DNA of 64,000 nucleotides from Polyangiaceae bacterium (GTDB lineage Bacteria > Myxococcota_A > Polyangia > Polyangiales > Polyangiaceae): assembly GCA_044376115.1 (NCBI GenBank), contig JBILLK010000029.1:32001-96000 (forward strand), read 5' to 3'. The first letter of the stretch is position 1. Each line of letters starts with the position of its first letter. The translations under genes were made by a program, and so were the position numbers. Positions 48,221 to 58,671 of the stretch are shown here, in pieces. The notes beneath the pieces were generated by a model. That model was not told where the DNA came from. It did not search any database and was given only the letters and a program-made list of their open reading frames with translations.

Positions 48221-49489
48221 GTGTCGCAAGAGCATAGCGAGCCCGCCGTGGACTCCTACCCGGCGGGTACTGTGCTCGCCGGTAAGTACCAAGTCGAGGG
48301 CACCTTGGGGCGCGGCGCAATGGGCACAGTCGTCGCCGCCACCCATCTTGGGCTGCGAGAGCCGCGTGCCCTCAAACTGCTGCACAGCACCTGGCTGACC
48401 CACCCCGAGAAGGTGGAGCGTTTTCGACTTGAAGCGCGAGCCGCCTCCAAGCTTAGGGGCTCGCATGTTGCCCGCATCTACGACGTTGGCGAGCTCAGTT
48501 CAGGGGTGCCCTTCATCGTGATGGAGCGTCTCGAAGGCGTCGACCTCGAGAGCCTGCTTGCGGTGCGCGGCCAGTTGGAGGTAACCGAAGCGGTGACCTT
48601 CATTAGGCAAGCCTGTGAGGCGATCGAGGAGGCTCACGGGCTTGGCATCGTTCATAGAGACTTGAAGCCCGCCAATCTGTTTGCGCAACGCACGCCTGCT
48701 GGCGCACAAATCAAAGTGCTCGATTTTGGCGTCGCCAAGATTCGTATCGTGGGGCAGACCATCAGCAACACCAAGAACGGTGAGTTCATTGGGACGCCGC
48801 GGACGATGTCGCCCGAGCAAGCCCGCGGGGGCGCCTCGGTCGACCTGCGCACCGACATCTGGGCGCTTGGAGCTACGCTCCATCAGCTGTTGACTGGGAC
48901 CACGCCCTTCGAAGGCAAAACGCTGGGCGAGCTCACGCACAACATTCTATTCGCTTCGCCGAGCCCGATACGTCAACGGCGCGCGGATCTGCCAGAAGCT
49001 CTCGAAGCTGTAATTCTTCGCTGCTTGGAGAAGTCACCCGAATTGCGGTTCGGTAGTGCGGCGGAGCTCGCTCTCGCACTTGCGCCTTTTGCGTCGCTCG
49101 TCGCTACGCAGGTCACGAGCCCGACGCCGCCTTCACGTCCAGGGCTCGGCCTGGGACCGCAGCTACTCATTGCCCTTGGCGCCCTGCTTGGCATAACGAC
49201 CGGTACTGCGCTTTCAGCCCTGAAGGCGCGAGGCGGACAGATATCGCAAGCCAGTGAACCGTCGGCGCAAGCACGAGTCTCGACGCAAGCCATCGATCAA
49301 GCGAGCAGCGCGAGGGTGGATACGCCGGCCAGCTCTTCAGCCGCACCCAAAGGCGACAAGACCGCGACCCCTGCCCCTGGTGCGGTTGTACCGCCAATAC
49401 CCGCGCGGTCACTCAAGGGCGTCGAGGCAAGCCCGCCTAAACCGGCTCCGAGCGCGGCAAAGGACGCGTTCGGGGACAGCCGTCTGTAA
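48221..49489 (+). CDS. Membrane Ser/Thr protein kinase
   Basis: LGRGAMG, HRDLKPAN, DFG, MSPEQ; TM helix and Pro/Ala tail; start GTG 48221 (or ATG 48203). Confidence 0.93.
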   Translation: MSQEHSEPAVDSYPAGTVLAGKYQVEGTLGRGAMGTVVAATHLGLREPRALKLLHSTWLTHPEKVERFRLEARAASKLRGSHVARIYDVGELSSGVPFIVMERLEGVDLESLLAVRGQLEVTEAVTFIRQACEAIEEAHGLGIVHRDLKPANLFAQRTPAGAQIKVLDFGVAKIRIVGQTISNTKNGEFIGTPRTMSPEQARGGASVDLRTDIWALGATLHQLLTGTTPFEGKTLGELTHNILFASPSPIRQRRADLPEALEAVILRCLEKSPELRFGSAAELALALAPFASLVATQVTSPTPPSRPGLGLGPQLLIALGALLGITTGTALSALKARGGQISQASEPSAQARVSTQAIDQASSARVDTPASSSAAPKGDKTATPAPGAVVPPIPARSLKGVEASPPKPAPSAAKDAFGDSRL

Positions 49490-49595
49490 AGTCCTACGCG
49501 AATATGATTGGCGGCTCGCTAGAGTCATGCGCGTAATTAGCAGCGCTGGGAATGCACGAGCGAACAATGCCTCAAGACTCCAGAAGCGCAGGAAC

Positions 49596-50639
49596 ATGAC
49601 TCGGCGATTCGCCTTGCTCATCGGAGCACTTTTGTCGGCTATCGCTGACCCGCATTGGAGTGACGCCCAACCAGTGGCATCCGATGCCCCGGCGATCTCG
49701 CAGGCGCAACTGCGCTTCAATGAAGGGCTGGCGCTGCTACGCGCCGGAAAGTTCGCGGAAGCGTGTCCGAAGCTCGAAGAGAGCGTGCAACTCGAACCAG
49801 CTGCCGGGTCGAAGTTTCGGCTCGGCGAGTGCTACGAAGGGCTAGGCCGTTTGGCCGCCGCTTACCGCGTCTTCCGCGAGGTCGAGGGCGACACGCGGGT
49901 GGAAGCTCGAACCGATCGGGAGGCGCAAGTTCGGGCAAAACTAACCGAGCTCGAGCCCCGGCTAGCCTGGCTCATCGTCCGTGCGCCCGAGCAGGTCCGC
50001 TTGCTTGACGGCTTCGCCCTTGAACAGGACGGGCAGCCGCTATCCGCCGAGGATCTCAGGGCCGTGCGGATCCCTACCGATCCTGGGGAGCACGTATTCG
50101 TTGCTTCGGCGACCGATCATGTTTCAGCGCGCATGGTGCTCGTTACCAGCGCGAATGCCCCCACTGAGCTTCAGATCCCTTTGCTCGTTCGAGCTCTGAC
50201 CCAACCACCCATCGCCCAGCCAAGCCTCTCACCGCAGCTGCCCCCTCCCCCATTGCCTGAAAACACGCCGCTGGACACGGGGCTGAGCGCTGGCCGCGTT
50301 ACCGCGATTGTACTGTTTGGTCTGGGAGCGGCCGGTGTTGGTCTTGGTGCTACCTTCGCCATCGTGGCGAAGGTTCAGTGGGACGATGCCCAAGCGGGTT
50401 GTGTCGCGGGGGCGTTCAACCGGTGTTCAACGCAAGCCATCGAGGTGGGTGAGCAAGCCAATGGTAGTGCTGTAGCAGCAACTGCACTCATTATTGCTGG
50501 GGCGGCCTCCTTGGCCGGCGGGCTGGGGTTCTGGTTGGCTTTCCCGGGCGATCCAGCGAGCCCCGCGCTGTCTGTCAGCTTTCAACCGCCAACGCACGGA
50601 CTCGGCACGATCGCGCGCGCTGAATGGACGTGGCCATGA
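49596..50639 (+). CDS. TPR + PEGA-like protein
   Basis: AEACPKLEESVQLEP, LGECYEGLGR, DPGEH, Gly-rich TM hairpin. Confidence 0.85.
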   Translation: MTRRFALLIGALLSAIADPHWSDAQPVASDAPAISQAQLRFNEGLALLRAGKFAEACPKLEESVQLEPAAGSKFRLGECYEGLGRLAAAYRVFREVEGDTRVEARTDREAQVRAKLTELEPRLAWLIVRAPEQVRLLDGFALEQDGQPLSAEDLRAVRIPTDPGEHVFVASATDHVSARMVLVTSANAPTELQIPLLVRALTQPPIAQPSLSPQLPPPPLPENTPLDTGLSAGRVTAIVLFGLGAAGVGLGATFAIVAKVQWDDAQAGCVAGAFNRCSTQAIEVGEQANGSAVAATALIIAGAASLAGGLGFWLAFPGDPASPALSVSFQPPTHGLGTIARAEWTWP

Positions 50640-52060
50640 CGCTAATTAAGTATCTAGGGCTCACTCTCGCGACAACCAGCCTAAGTGGCTGCTGGCTCGT
50701 ATGGGGTATTGAGCCACTGTCGAATGATGGCGCAGGTGCGCAGGCCGGCGCCGGAGGAACGGCGGGCAGCGGGTTGGGTGGAGCGGGTGGAACGGGTGGA
50801 ACGGGTGGAACGGGAGGAGGAGGGGGCGAACCTTCGTGCACAAAGGCTGAAGGGACATCCGGCCCGTTCAGCTTGCTTGCCCACTGTCGTGGTCTTGCAG
50901 GCCATAGGCTCTCAGCCGACGGCAGCGGGGTCGTGCTCGCGGGTAGCTTGGTCGGCAAAGACGGGAGCTTCGTGCAAACCTTCTCCACGGATGGGACCCC
51001 GATCCAACACCTCGAGCTAGCCGGGGCCGAAGAGCTATCGATCGAACTCTACGGTGCAGGGAATGGTCGAAAAATCATGGTCGGCGGCGCCGTAGCGCAG
51101 ACGGATACCCTCGCCTTACTCGACTATCGCTCGGCGGTTTGCAACGGCGAGCACTGTGGCTTCCTGGTCAGTTTGGATGCCGGGCAGCTTGGGCTCAATG
51201 GCCCCCCGCTATTCTGGGACGCAGGGCCGACAGGCACCATCGTGGTTGAAGATGTAGGGGTGGCTCAGGTCAAAGAGTACGAAAACGATCGATTTGTGGC
51301 CGTCACCGGGACCATGAAAGGCTCGCTGAACCTGCTCGAAAGCTTGAACCCACTCAGTTCCCCTACCGAGGCGATCTTCCTCGTCACCGCGAACATCCAG
51401 ACGGGGATGCCGCAAGATGCCTGGCAAAGCGTGGCCGATAATCCGAGCGGAAGACCGCAGTTATCTTTCGGACGAAAGGAGGACGAGCAGTTTCGTCTTT
51501 ATGTTTCTGGTAACGCGACGCTCGCCGGCAAGGACCAGGCGACTTGCAGTGAGGTTGATCCAGATACGAGTGTGATTCAAAACTCGGATGTGACGGACGG
51601 CGGGGTTGCGAGTGGCATCGCGAGAACGTCTTCAGGAATCGTGTGTGCTCACGTAAGAGCCAACCAGCTATGGCTGCGGGCGTTTACGGAGGGAGTTTTC
51701 GCTGACGCCGGTGGCCCTTACGATCTCGTCAGCGCTCGGCTCGCTGCGGCGGGTGACGATGTTTACGTGGCAAGCAGTTACTCCGGCACGCTCGAGGTTG
51801 GCCCACAGGCGGTCGTGAGTGCGGGAGGGCGAGATGCGGTGTTGCTGCGTGTCGACGGCGCAACGAAGCTGACCACGCCGCTGGCTATTTCGCCTGGGGC
51901 AGCACAGGATGACGAGCTTACCGACGTGACCGCCGTGCAATCGCAAAGCGGCTCCACCATCTACCTGCTCGTCAACTTCGAGGGCACCTATGACTTCGGA
52001 GGGACGTTGCTCGAGGCCGAGCCTGGCGGTAGCTCCTTCCTCGCGGCGATCAAGCTCTAG
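50636..52060 (+). CDS. Beta-propeller-like lipoprotein with GGT linker
   Basis: ATGA coupling, LSGC lipobox, 9-bp ggtggaacg repeats, SAGGRDAVLL...GAAQDD...FEGTYDFGG. Confidence 0.75.
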   Translation: MTLIKYLGLTLATTSLSGCWLVWGIEPLSNDGAGAQAGAGGTAGSGLGGAGGTGGTGGTGGGGGEPSCTKAEGTSGPFSLLAHCRGLAGHRLSADGSGVVLAGSLVGKDGSFVQTFSTDGTPIQHLELAGAEELSIELYGAGNGRKIMVGGAVAQTDTLALLDYRSAVCNGEHCGFLVSLDAGQLGLNGPPLFWDAGPTGTIVVEDVGVAQVKEYENDRFVAVTGTMKGSLNLLESLNPLSSPTEAIFLVTANIQTGMPQDAWQSVADNPSGRPQLSFGRKEDEQFRLYVSGNATLAGKDQATCSEVDPDTSVIQNSDVTDGGVASGIARTSSGIVCAHVRANQLWLRAFTEGVFADAGGPYDLVSARLAAAGDDVYVASSYSGTLEVGPQAVVSAGGRDAVLLRVDGATKLTTPLAISPGAAQDDELTDVTAVQSQSGSTIYLLVNFEGTYDFGGTLLEAEPGGSSFLAAIKL

Positions 52061-52074
52061 GCTGCCCGCTCGAC

Positions 52075-53193
52075 TCAGGGCTGCGGCCGGAGCAAGAGCG
52101 CTACCGGGTCCAACGCGACCGTCACGAGCGCGGTCAGTACAGCCACCAATAGGCCAAGCGCGGCTCCGATCGCCCATCGCCTCGGCCTCAGCGTAGCGTG
52201 CTCACTTGGCTGAGCTACTTGTTGCTTCGGCGCTGCGACCTTGGCGGCTGGATGGCTCTGGATAGCGGTGCGTTGGGCAACCAGCTCCGCCCTTGGAGCG
52301 ACGGGCACGCTCTGCGCGACAACGTTGGCAGGCTGGATAACGCCCGGCGGAGGATCGAACGTGGCCAAGCAGGCCAGCAACCCATCGAGCGAGGGCCGCC
52401 TCGCACGATCGGTTGCAAGCATGGCAGCGACGAGGTCCAGCAGGCGCTTGGGCAGATCAGGTCGCAGTTCCGCGAGCGGCAATACCGCGCTTGAAGAGAG
52501 CTGCTTGACGTATTGACCTAAGTTGGCCGCTTCAATCGGTCTGCAACCTGCAAGGCACTCGTAGAGCACGACGCCCAAGGCGAACACATCTGCACGAGCG
52601 TCGGTATCTGCCTCACCAAAGGCTTGCTCCGGTGCCATATAGCAAGGCGTTCCTAGCGTTGCCCCAGTCGAGGTAACCGGCCCGGGAGCGCCCTCTCGCT
52701 GCATCATCTTGGCGATGCCAAAGTCGAGCAGCTTTGGCATCACGAGTCCCCACGGTGTCCGAGCGAGAAAGATGTTGTCCGGCTTGATATCCCGGTGAAC
52801 GATGCCGTGCGCGTGAACCGCGGCGGTCGCTCCCACGATTGGACCCAAGAGCGCTGCTACTTCACGCAAAGCCATCGGTTCACGGTCTGCAAGACGACTG
52901 CCCAGCGTCTGACCCTCCAGCAGCTCCATGACCAGCCCGAGCGTTCCGTCCCCCAGCTGAAACACATCGAGCACTTCAACCAAGTTGGGGTGAACAAACG
53001 CGTTGGCGATGCGTGCTTCAGCCAAGAACCGAGCGCGAGCATCTTCTCGCTTGAGTGCCGGACCTACCAACAGCTTGACGGCGCGTTTGACGCCTTCCAC
53101 TCGATCGAGGACCGACCATACCTCACCAAAGCCACCAGTACCGAGGTGGGCGATGGTTTCGTAACGTGCGACGAGCAGCTCGCCGGCCTTCAC
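52075..53193 (-). CDS. Ser/Thr protein kinase
   Basis: [34 protein letters not shown] coupling to the activator. Confidence 0.94.
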   Translation of the reverse strand: MKAGELLVARYETIAHLGTGGFGEVWSVLDRVEGVKRAVKLLVGPALKREDARARFLAEARIANAFVHPNLVEVLDVFQLGDGTLGLVMELLEGQTLGSRLADREPMALREVAALLGPIVGATAAVHAHGIVHRDIKPDNIFLARTPWGLVMPKLLDFGIAKMMQREGAPGPVTSTGATLGTPCYMAPEQAFGEADTDARADVFALGVVLYECLAGCRPIEAANLGQYVKQLSSSAVLPLAELRPDLPKRLLDLVAAMLATDRARRPSLDGLLACLATFDPPPGVIQPANVVAQSVPVAPRAELVAQRTAIQSHPAAKVAAPKQQVAQPSEHATLRPRRWAIGAALGLLVAVLTALVTVALDPVALLLRPQP

Positions 53194-54515
53194 GGAAGAC
53201 CGTGTTCGCGCAGCTTGTTGTAAAGGCTCGCACGACTGATGCCAAGCAGCCGCGAGGCCTTCGCGCGGTTACCTTCAGCCGCTTTCAACGCCCTGCTAAT
53301 TGCTTCCTTTTCAGCCGCGCGCATCGACTCGTCGAGCGGGCGCACCTGTTCCACCGGGCGGTGCTCACTGATGCTGCTCAGTTCGGCTACCAGCGATTCG
53401 AACGGCGAAACATCCGAGACGCTGCGCTGGACGTCCGCTTCCGTGATCAGCTCTCCGGAGCCCAACACGACGAGCCTCTCGACGAAGTTCTGCAGCTGCC
53501 GCACGTTACCCGGCCACCTCATGCGACGAATCAGGTTGAGCGCCTCGAGCGAAATGCTCATATTCCCCCGCTGGTTTTCGCGGGCGAAGCGCGCACAGAA
53601 CTGCACCGCCAGGAGTTCGAGGTCGCGGCCGCGAGCTCGCAGCGGAGGTACCCATAGCGGCACGACGTTGAGCCGGTAGAACAGATCCTCGCGGAAGGTC
53701 CCTGCCTTTACCATCGCCTCGAGATCACGATGGGTTGCAGCCACGAAGCGAACATCCGCTCGAAGCGGTGCTACTCCACCGAGGCGCTGATATTCCCGCT
53801 CTTGAATAAGCCGCAACAGCTTGGCCTGAGTAGCGGCAGTGATCTCTCCGATCTCATCGAGGAACAGCGTGCCTCCTGAGGCTGCCTCCACCCGTCCGAT
53901 CTTTCGAGCAACGGCCCCGGTGAATGCCCCTTTCTCGTAGCCAAACAGTTCGCTCTCCAGCAGGGACTCGGGCAACGCAGCGCAATGCAATGCCACGAAC
54001 GGCCCCTGCGCTCGCGGACTCATCTGATGGAGGGCCTTGGCAACGAGTTCCTTGCCGGTGCCAGTCTCCCCTCGAACGAGAACCGTCGCCATCCCCGTTG
54101 CAGATCGGGCAATCATCTCACGAACGCGATCCATCACCGACGATGTCCCAAGGAGGTTCGCCATAGGTTCGATCGAAAGCGGCTCGTGCGAGGTCTTCTC
54201 GTATTGAAGAAGCAGCGTCTGGCGTACGCACAAAAGAGCTTCTTCCCGCTCGCTCGAGCGCAGTACCGCAACCGGAAGCTCAGGCAGGTGTTGGCGAACC
54301 TTCTCGATCAGTGCGGCGTACGCGGCCTCTTGCGCAGCCTCGATCAAGACGATGTCGAACGCGCGCCGGCTAACCGCATCCCAAACGGCCTCGGCGGTAC
54401 TGAAGAATGACGCGGATATCTCACTATTGGCCAGGACTCCGGCCCAGTGGTTAGAACCAACCACGACGGCTCTAACTCCAGCGGGGATGGCACAAGGCTC
54501 TCTGTCCGTTCGCAC
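53190..54515 (-). CDS. Sigma54-dependent Fis-family transcriptional activator with degenerate receiver-like N-terminus
   Basis: [58 protein letters not shown]. Confidence 0.95.
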   Translation of the reverse strand: MRTDREPCAIPAGVRAVVVGSNHWAGVLANSEISASFFSTAEAVWDAVSRRAFDIVLIEAAQEAAYAALIEKVRQHLPELPVAVLRSSEREEALLCVRQTLLLQYEKTSHEPLSIEPMANLLGTSSVMDRVREMIARSATGMATVLVRGETGTGKELVAKALHQMSPRAQGPFVALHCAALPESLLESELFGYEKGAFTGAVARKIGRVEAASGGTLFLDEIGEITAATQAKLLRLIQEREYQRLGGVAPLRADVRFVAATHRDLEAMVKAGTFREDLFYRLNVVPLWVPPLRARGRDLELLAVQFCARFARENQRGNMSISLEALNLIRRMRWPGNVRQLQNFVERLVVLGSGELITEADVQRSVSDVSPFESLVAELSSISEHRPVEQVRPLDESMRAAEKEAISRALKAAEGNRAKASRLLGISRASLYNKLREHGLP

Positions 54516-54574
54516 GGCGCCACTATAGCCCGCTTCGTTCCAGCCGTTGCCTCGCTTTGCCCGAGCTTCGCTGG

Positions 54575-54830
54575 TGGCCGCCAGCTCCGACGGCGCACCT
54601 TGCTCGACGAGCTTGACGTAGACGGATTGCCGTAGCCCTCGAGCGAGCGATACACGTCGCGGGCGAGCTTCTCTTCCTCTCGCATGAACAGAAGGGATTC
54701 GACCTCAAGCTCGGAGAGTGAAACCGACGCACCTCACCGCCAGAGGCATCGTTCGACCCGCTGCCAGTGCCTCTCCGGGGCCGTGCCCCGCGCAACTCGT
54801 GACCGACCGCCGATAGCCATCGCATGAACA
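54575..54830 (-). pseudogene. Decayed DUF2202 (ferritin-like) gene
   Basis: [23 protein letters not shown] followed out of frame by [15 protein letters not shown]. Confidence 0.65.
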
Positions 54831-54985
54831 GGATTCGCTCCTCTGTCCGTAAGAGTCCGGCTGCTGAAGAAGGATTCGACGTCGACCGACAAAAGCTCGT
54901 TCGCTCAGAACAGCTGCTAGCGTCTCGCTGTTCCTCTACTTCTGCCTGCTGGTCTTCACGTTCTTGAGCGTATCTTTGGGGAACG

Positions 54986-55549
54986 TTGGAGCAGGCCAGC
55001 AGTTTCTCGACTGAGCGCGCGTTGTGGCTCAATCGAACAATCGTAAGTGAGCGATTGTCGCTCGAGCCGCTGCTAGCGCTGCATGGGCAGGCGATGTTCG
55101 AGCCTCTGCAGGCGGCTGCGCTATACACCTGGATCTCGGCCACTCCGCCGGCGACGCAAGCGGCGCTGGCCGCGCGTTGGCTGCGCAACGAGTCGCGCCT
55201 GGCGCCCGACGGCAGCAGCGCATGGCTGGCGTGGGCGGTGCGCTGGGGCGACGAACTCGTCGGCAAGCTCGACGCTGAGATCACGGCCGATAACGTCGCC
55301 AGCAACGTCGGCTATCTTTTCTTCGTCGATCACTGGGGCAAGGGCCTCGCGAGCGAAGCCGTGCGCGCGCTTTCGGACCGCCTGATTGTGGACGGCGTGC
55401 GCGAGCAGCACGCGACGGTGACCGTCGGCAATCACGCCTCCTGCCGCGTGCTCGAGAAATGCGGCTTCGAGCCGAACGGGCTTTTGCCGGCGAACGACGT
55501 CATCCGTGGCGTCGCCCATGACGACCTTGCCTACGTACGACGCGGCTAA
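54986..55549 (+). CDS. GNAT acetyltransferase (RimJ/RimL-like)
   Basis: VGY..HWGKGLASEA..NHASCRVLEKCGF. Confidence 0.9.
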   Translation: MEQASSFSTERALWLNRTIVSERLSLEPLLALHGQAMFEPLQAAALYTWISATPPATQAALAARWLRNESRLAPDGSSAWLAWAVRWGDELVGKLDAEITADNVASNVGYLFFVDHWGKGLASEAVRALSDRLIVDGVREQHATVTVGNHASCRVLEKCGFEPNGLLPANDVIRGVAHDDLAYVRRG

Positions 55550-56529
55550 CCGCCAGCGGCCGCACACGCCGAGAACGCTCGCGTAAGCGCCTCTCGCTCG
55601 AGACCAAAACCGACGACCACCAAGCGGCTGGTGCGCGGCTGCTCGTCCCACGGCTCGCCGAAGCTGAGTTCGAACCGATCGGCGACGCCCTGAACGATCA
55701 TGCGGGTGGGCAAGCCCTCGACCGCGAGGATGCCTTTGGAACGAAGCAGACGGCCGGAGAAACGCTCGAGCTCGGTCTCCATGAACTCAGCGAAAAGGTC
55801 GCCGTCGAGCTCACCGTCGAGAACCAGGGAGATCGATTCGAATACGTGTTCGCTCGTGCGCCTTGGCGAAGGCTGCGCTGGCGCGAAGTCGGCGCGTCTT
55901 TGCGCGAGCAGGGCCTCTAGCGTTGCAAACGCTGGGTCATCGAACTCGCCACGGCTAGCGGTGGCGATCAGGGCAGCGCCGTTGTGCTCTTCGATCAAAG
56001 CTCGGGCGCGAAGGCGCGCTTCGGGCGCGCATTGATCGACCCGCGAGAGCACGACGACATCGGCGAAGCCCACTTGCTCGAGCGCGAGTTCGTACGCCGA
56101 GAGCACCTCCATACGCGTCGCATCGACGACCGTGATGATGCCGTCGAGCGTATGCGCTCCGTGCGGCGCGCTGCCAGCGACGGCGTGCACGACCCCCGCG
56201 GGCGAGGCTGCTCCGGAGGTCTCGACCACGATCCGTTTCGGCGGAAGTGGAGCCGAAGCGAGTTCGGCGAGCGCTCGTACGAGCTCGGCTTGGGTCGAGC
56301 AGCACACGCAACCGCCGGCGATTTCGATTATGGCGCGCACCCGTGCACTGAGCAGCGCGCCATCGATCCCGACCTTGCCGATCTCGTTCACGATCACCGC
56401 AATCTCCCCGCGCTCGACGTCGGCGAGCCAGCGGTTCACCAGCGTGGTCTTGCCGGCACCAAGAAACCCGGTCACGACCGTTACCGGCGTTGGTGAGGAT
56501 TCGGCCATTGGGACATGCTCGCGATTCAC
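55546..56529 (-). CDS. COG0523/CobW-family GTPase metallochaperone
   Basis: TGFLGAGKTT, VNEIG, GGCVCC, ETSG, LLRSKG, SRLVVVG. Confidence 0.93.
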   Translation of the reverse strand: MNREHVPMAESSPTPVTVVTGFLGAGKTTLVNRWLADVERGEIAVIVNEIGKVGIDGALLSARVRAIIEIAGGCVCCSTQAELVRALAELASAPLPPKRIVVETSGAASPAGVVHAVAGSAPHGAHTLDGIITVVDATRMEVLSAYELALEQVGFADVVVLSRVDQCAPEARLRARALIEEHNGAALIATASRGEFDDPAFATLEALLAQRRADFAPAQPSPRRTSEHVFESISLVLDGELDGDLFAEFMETELERFSGRLLRSKGILAVEGLPTRMIVQGVADRFELSFGEPWDEQPRTSRLVVVGFGLEREALTRAFSACAAAGG

Positions 56530-56555
56530 GTACGCGAGCGCAAGCCGAGGGAGCG

Positions 56556-57359
56556 CTACAGCCTCGAGCGCACCACCACCGCGAGCACGAGCACCACCGC
56601 GACAGCCATTCCAAAGAAGGCCGCGCGGCGCTCGCGCGGCGGTAGCGTGCGGAAGGCGGGCTCACTCAGGTTGGCGCAAAGGCCAATCGTCACCAACGCT
56701 GGAACGGCTAGCCCAAGCAATGCCGAGGCCGCGAAGGCGAGCAGCAGACCCAGCGTTGCGCCCACCAAGGTGCGCAGCGTCTTCAAATGATGGCGACGCA
56801 TCACGCCGACGAGCAACGCGAGAAACACGAGATCGCCCACACCGAGCAGCAGGCTGAGCGCGTTGGTTCCCGGCACGGCTACAGCCAGCGCAAAGACCGA
56901 GAGAGCGCGCTCGCTGGCGGCGATCGAGTGCGTTGGCCCCTCGGGGCTGAGCACCGAAGCAACGTCCGCGGCAGCGGCCACCACCGAGGCGGGCAGCACG
57001 TGGCCAGGCGATGCAATCCGCTCGCCCACCGCCGAGCCGAGCGCCCGACCGATCACGAGCAGCGCGGTCACTTGCAAAGCGAGCGTAAAGCGATCGAGCC
57101 CCACGCGATCGACGACCACGAGCAGCGCTGCCGCGCCTGCGAGCATCGCCAGCGTGATTGGCCCCGCAAGCGGCAGGAAGTCGCGGTCTTGCGCTGGTCT
57201 GCGCAAAAACATCGCCACTAACACCACGACGATGCCCCAGGCTGTCGCGCACAAATCGGCGAGCGCGGCGGGCACTGGCAAGGACGGCGCAAGCCAAGCG
57301 AAAGCGCTGGAGGCCAAGCCAAGCGCAGCTGGCACCAGCACGACCTCCAGCCGCTTCAC
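56556..57359 (-). CDS. Multi-pass membrane protein, presenilin/SPP-like GxGD aspartyl protease candidate
   Basis: Intramembrane AD, LGVGD and VPAL motifs in the expected order. Confidence 0.6.
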   Translation of the reverse strand: MKRLEVVLVPAALGLASSAFAWLAPSLPVPAALADLCATAWGIVVVLVAMFLRRPAQDRDFLPLAGPITLAMLAGAAALLVVVDRVGLDRFTLALQVTALLVIGRALGSAVGERIASPGHVLPASVVAAAADVASVLSPEGPTHSIAASERALSVFALAVAVPGTNALSLLLGVGDLVFLALLVGVMRRHHLKTLRTLVGATLGLLLAFAASALLGLAVPALVTIGLCANLSEPAFRTLPPRERRAAFFGMAVAVVLVLAVVVRSRL

Positions 57360-58558
57360 CGCTTGATCGCCTTGTCGTGCTCGGCGAGGGACTCACTGAA
57401 GGTGTGCCTTCCGCCTCCCTTGGCGACGAAGAAGAGGTAGTCGGTGTGGGCGGGCGCGAGCACCGCGCGCAGCGAGCGTTCACCGGGGTTGGCGATCGGG
57501 CCGGGCGGCAGCCCCACGTTGGTGTAGGTACTGTATTGGTTTAGCTTGTCGCGGTTCATCGCCGGCGTGACTTTGCCTTCAAAACCTTTGCAACTCGGCA
57601 CTTCGGTGGGCCGGCGCAAACAGTCGTAGGCGCTCGATGGATCGGACTGCAGCAACTTTGGCGTGAAGCTGTCCCTGGTCAAGCGGTTGAGAAAGACGCT
57701 GGCGATGATCGGCCGCTCATCGTCAACGGCGGCTTCCTTCTCCACCAGCGACGCCAGCGTGAGGATCTCGAAGCGGCTCCAACCGAGCTCGTTTTGCAAG
57801 GCGAGCAACGCCGGCTCGTGGTCTTCGGCGATGCGAGCCCAGCGCCGATTCGACTCGCGCACCATGCGCTCGAGCACGCTCGCGGCCTCGCAGTTCTTGG
57901 GGAACTCGTAGGTGGCCGGGAACAGGTAGCCCTCCGCGCTCTCGATCGGCTTGGTCGTGCCTTGCACCTCCAGCCGCTTGAGTTCCTGTGGGTCACGCGC
58001 GATGCGTAGGAACTCGGAGCGCGAAACGACGCGCAGCTTCTCCAAGCGCTCGGCGATCGCGAACATGGTGAAGCCCTCGGGGATGGTCACCTTGACCTTG
58101 GGCCGCCCATCCGAGCGCGCGAGCAGTTGGCTGAGTTCACGCGGGCTGGCACCGCCGTCGACGAGGTGGTTGCCCGGAGCGAAGCTGCGGGGCGAAAGCC
58201 AAAGGTAGACGGCCATCAACGCGCGGCTAGAGACGGCCCCTTGGTCGTGCAAGAGCGCAGCGATCTCGCTCGAGCTCGCGCCCTCAGGCACATCGATCTC
58301 GAGCGCCGATCCTGCGAGCGGGCCCTCGGCTTCGGCGAAGCGGGCCAGGTAAACGCCACCACCGAGTACAGCGACCAGCAGCGCGCACAGCCCGACGATC
58401 ACGGCCTGCCAAGCCCGCGACAGCTGCCAAAAGGAACGCCGCTGCGGCGCCGATTTGCGGTTCGCGCCCGACGGCCGCGACTCGGGCTTTTGCGACCCCG
58501 GCGCACGGGCTCTGGCTGGCCGGGCTTTGGGCGCCGCCCGAACGTTCGCTCGCTTCAC
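57356..58558 (-). CDS. mltG: Endolytic transglycosylase MltG
   Basis: VTIPEG, EGYLFPATY, LASLVEKE, LQSDP, GLPPGPIANPG, YLFFVA..HTFS. Confidence 0.95.
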   Translation of the reverse strand: MKRANVRAAPKARPARARAPGSQKPESRPSGANRKSAPQRRSFWQLSRAWQAVIVGLCALLVAVLGGGVYLARFAEAEGPLAGSALEIDVPEGASSSEIAALLHDQGAVSSRALMAVYLWLSPRSFAPGNHLVDGGASPRELSQLLARSDGRPKVKVTIPEGFTMFAIAERLEKLRVVSRSEFLRIARDPQELKRLEVQGTTKPIESAEGYLFPATYEFPKNCEAASVLERMVRESNRRWARIAEDHEPALLALQNELGWSRFEILTLASLVEKEAAVDDERPIIASVFLNRLTRDSFTPKLLQSDPSSAYDCLRRPTEVPSCKGFEGKVTPAMNRDKLNQYSTYTNVGLPPGPIANPGERSLRAVLAPAHTDYLFFVAKGGGRHTFSESLAEHDKAIKR

Positions 58559-58671
58559 CCGCGAGCCCTGGGCTTTGAGGGAAGTCCGCGTCGCATCGCG
58601 CGCAGCCTAGCGCGTCACCTCGCGCTTGCGAGTCTTTTTCCCATTCGCCGAAGGTCGGGTATAGGCCGGCA

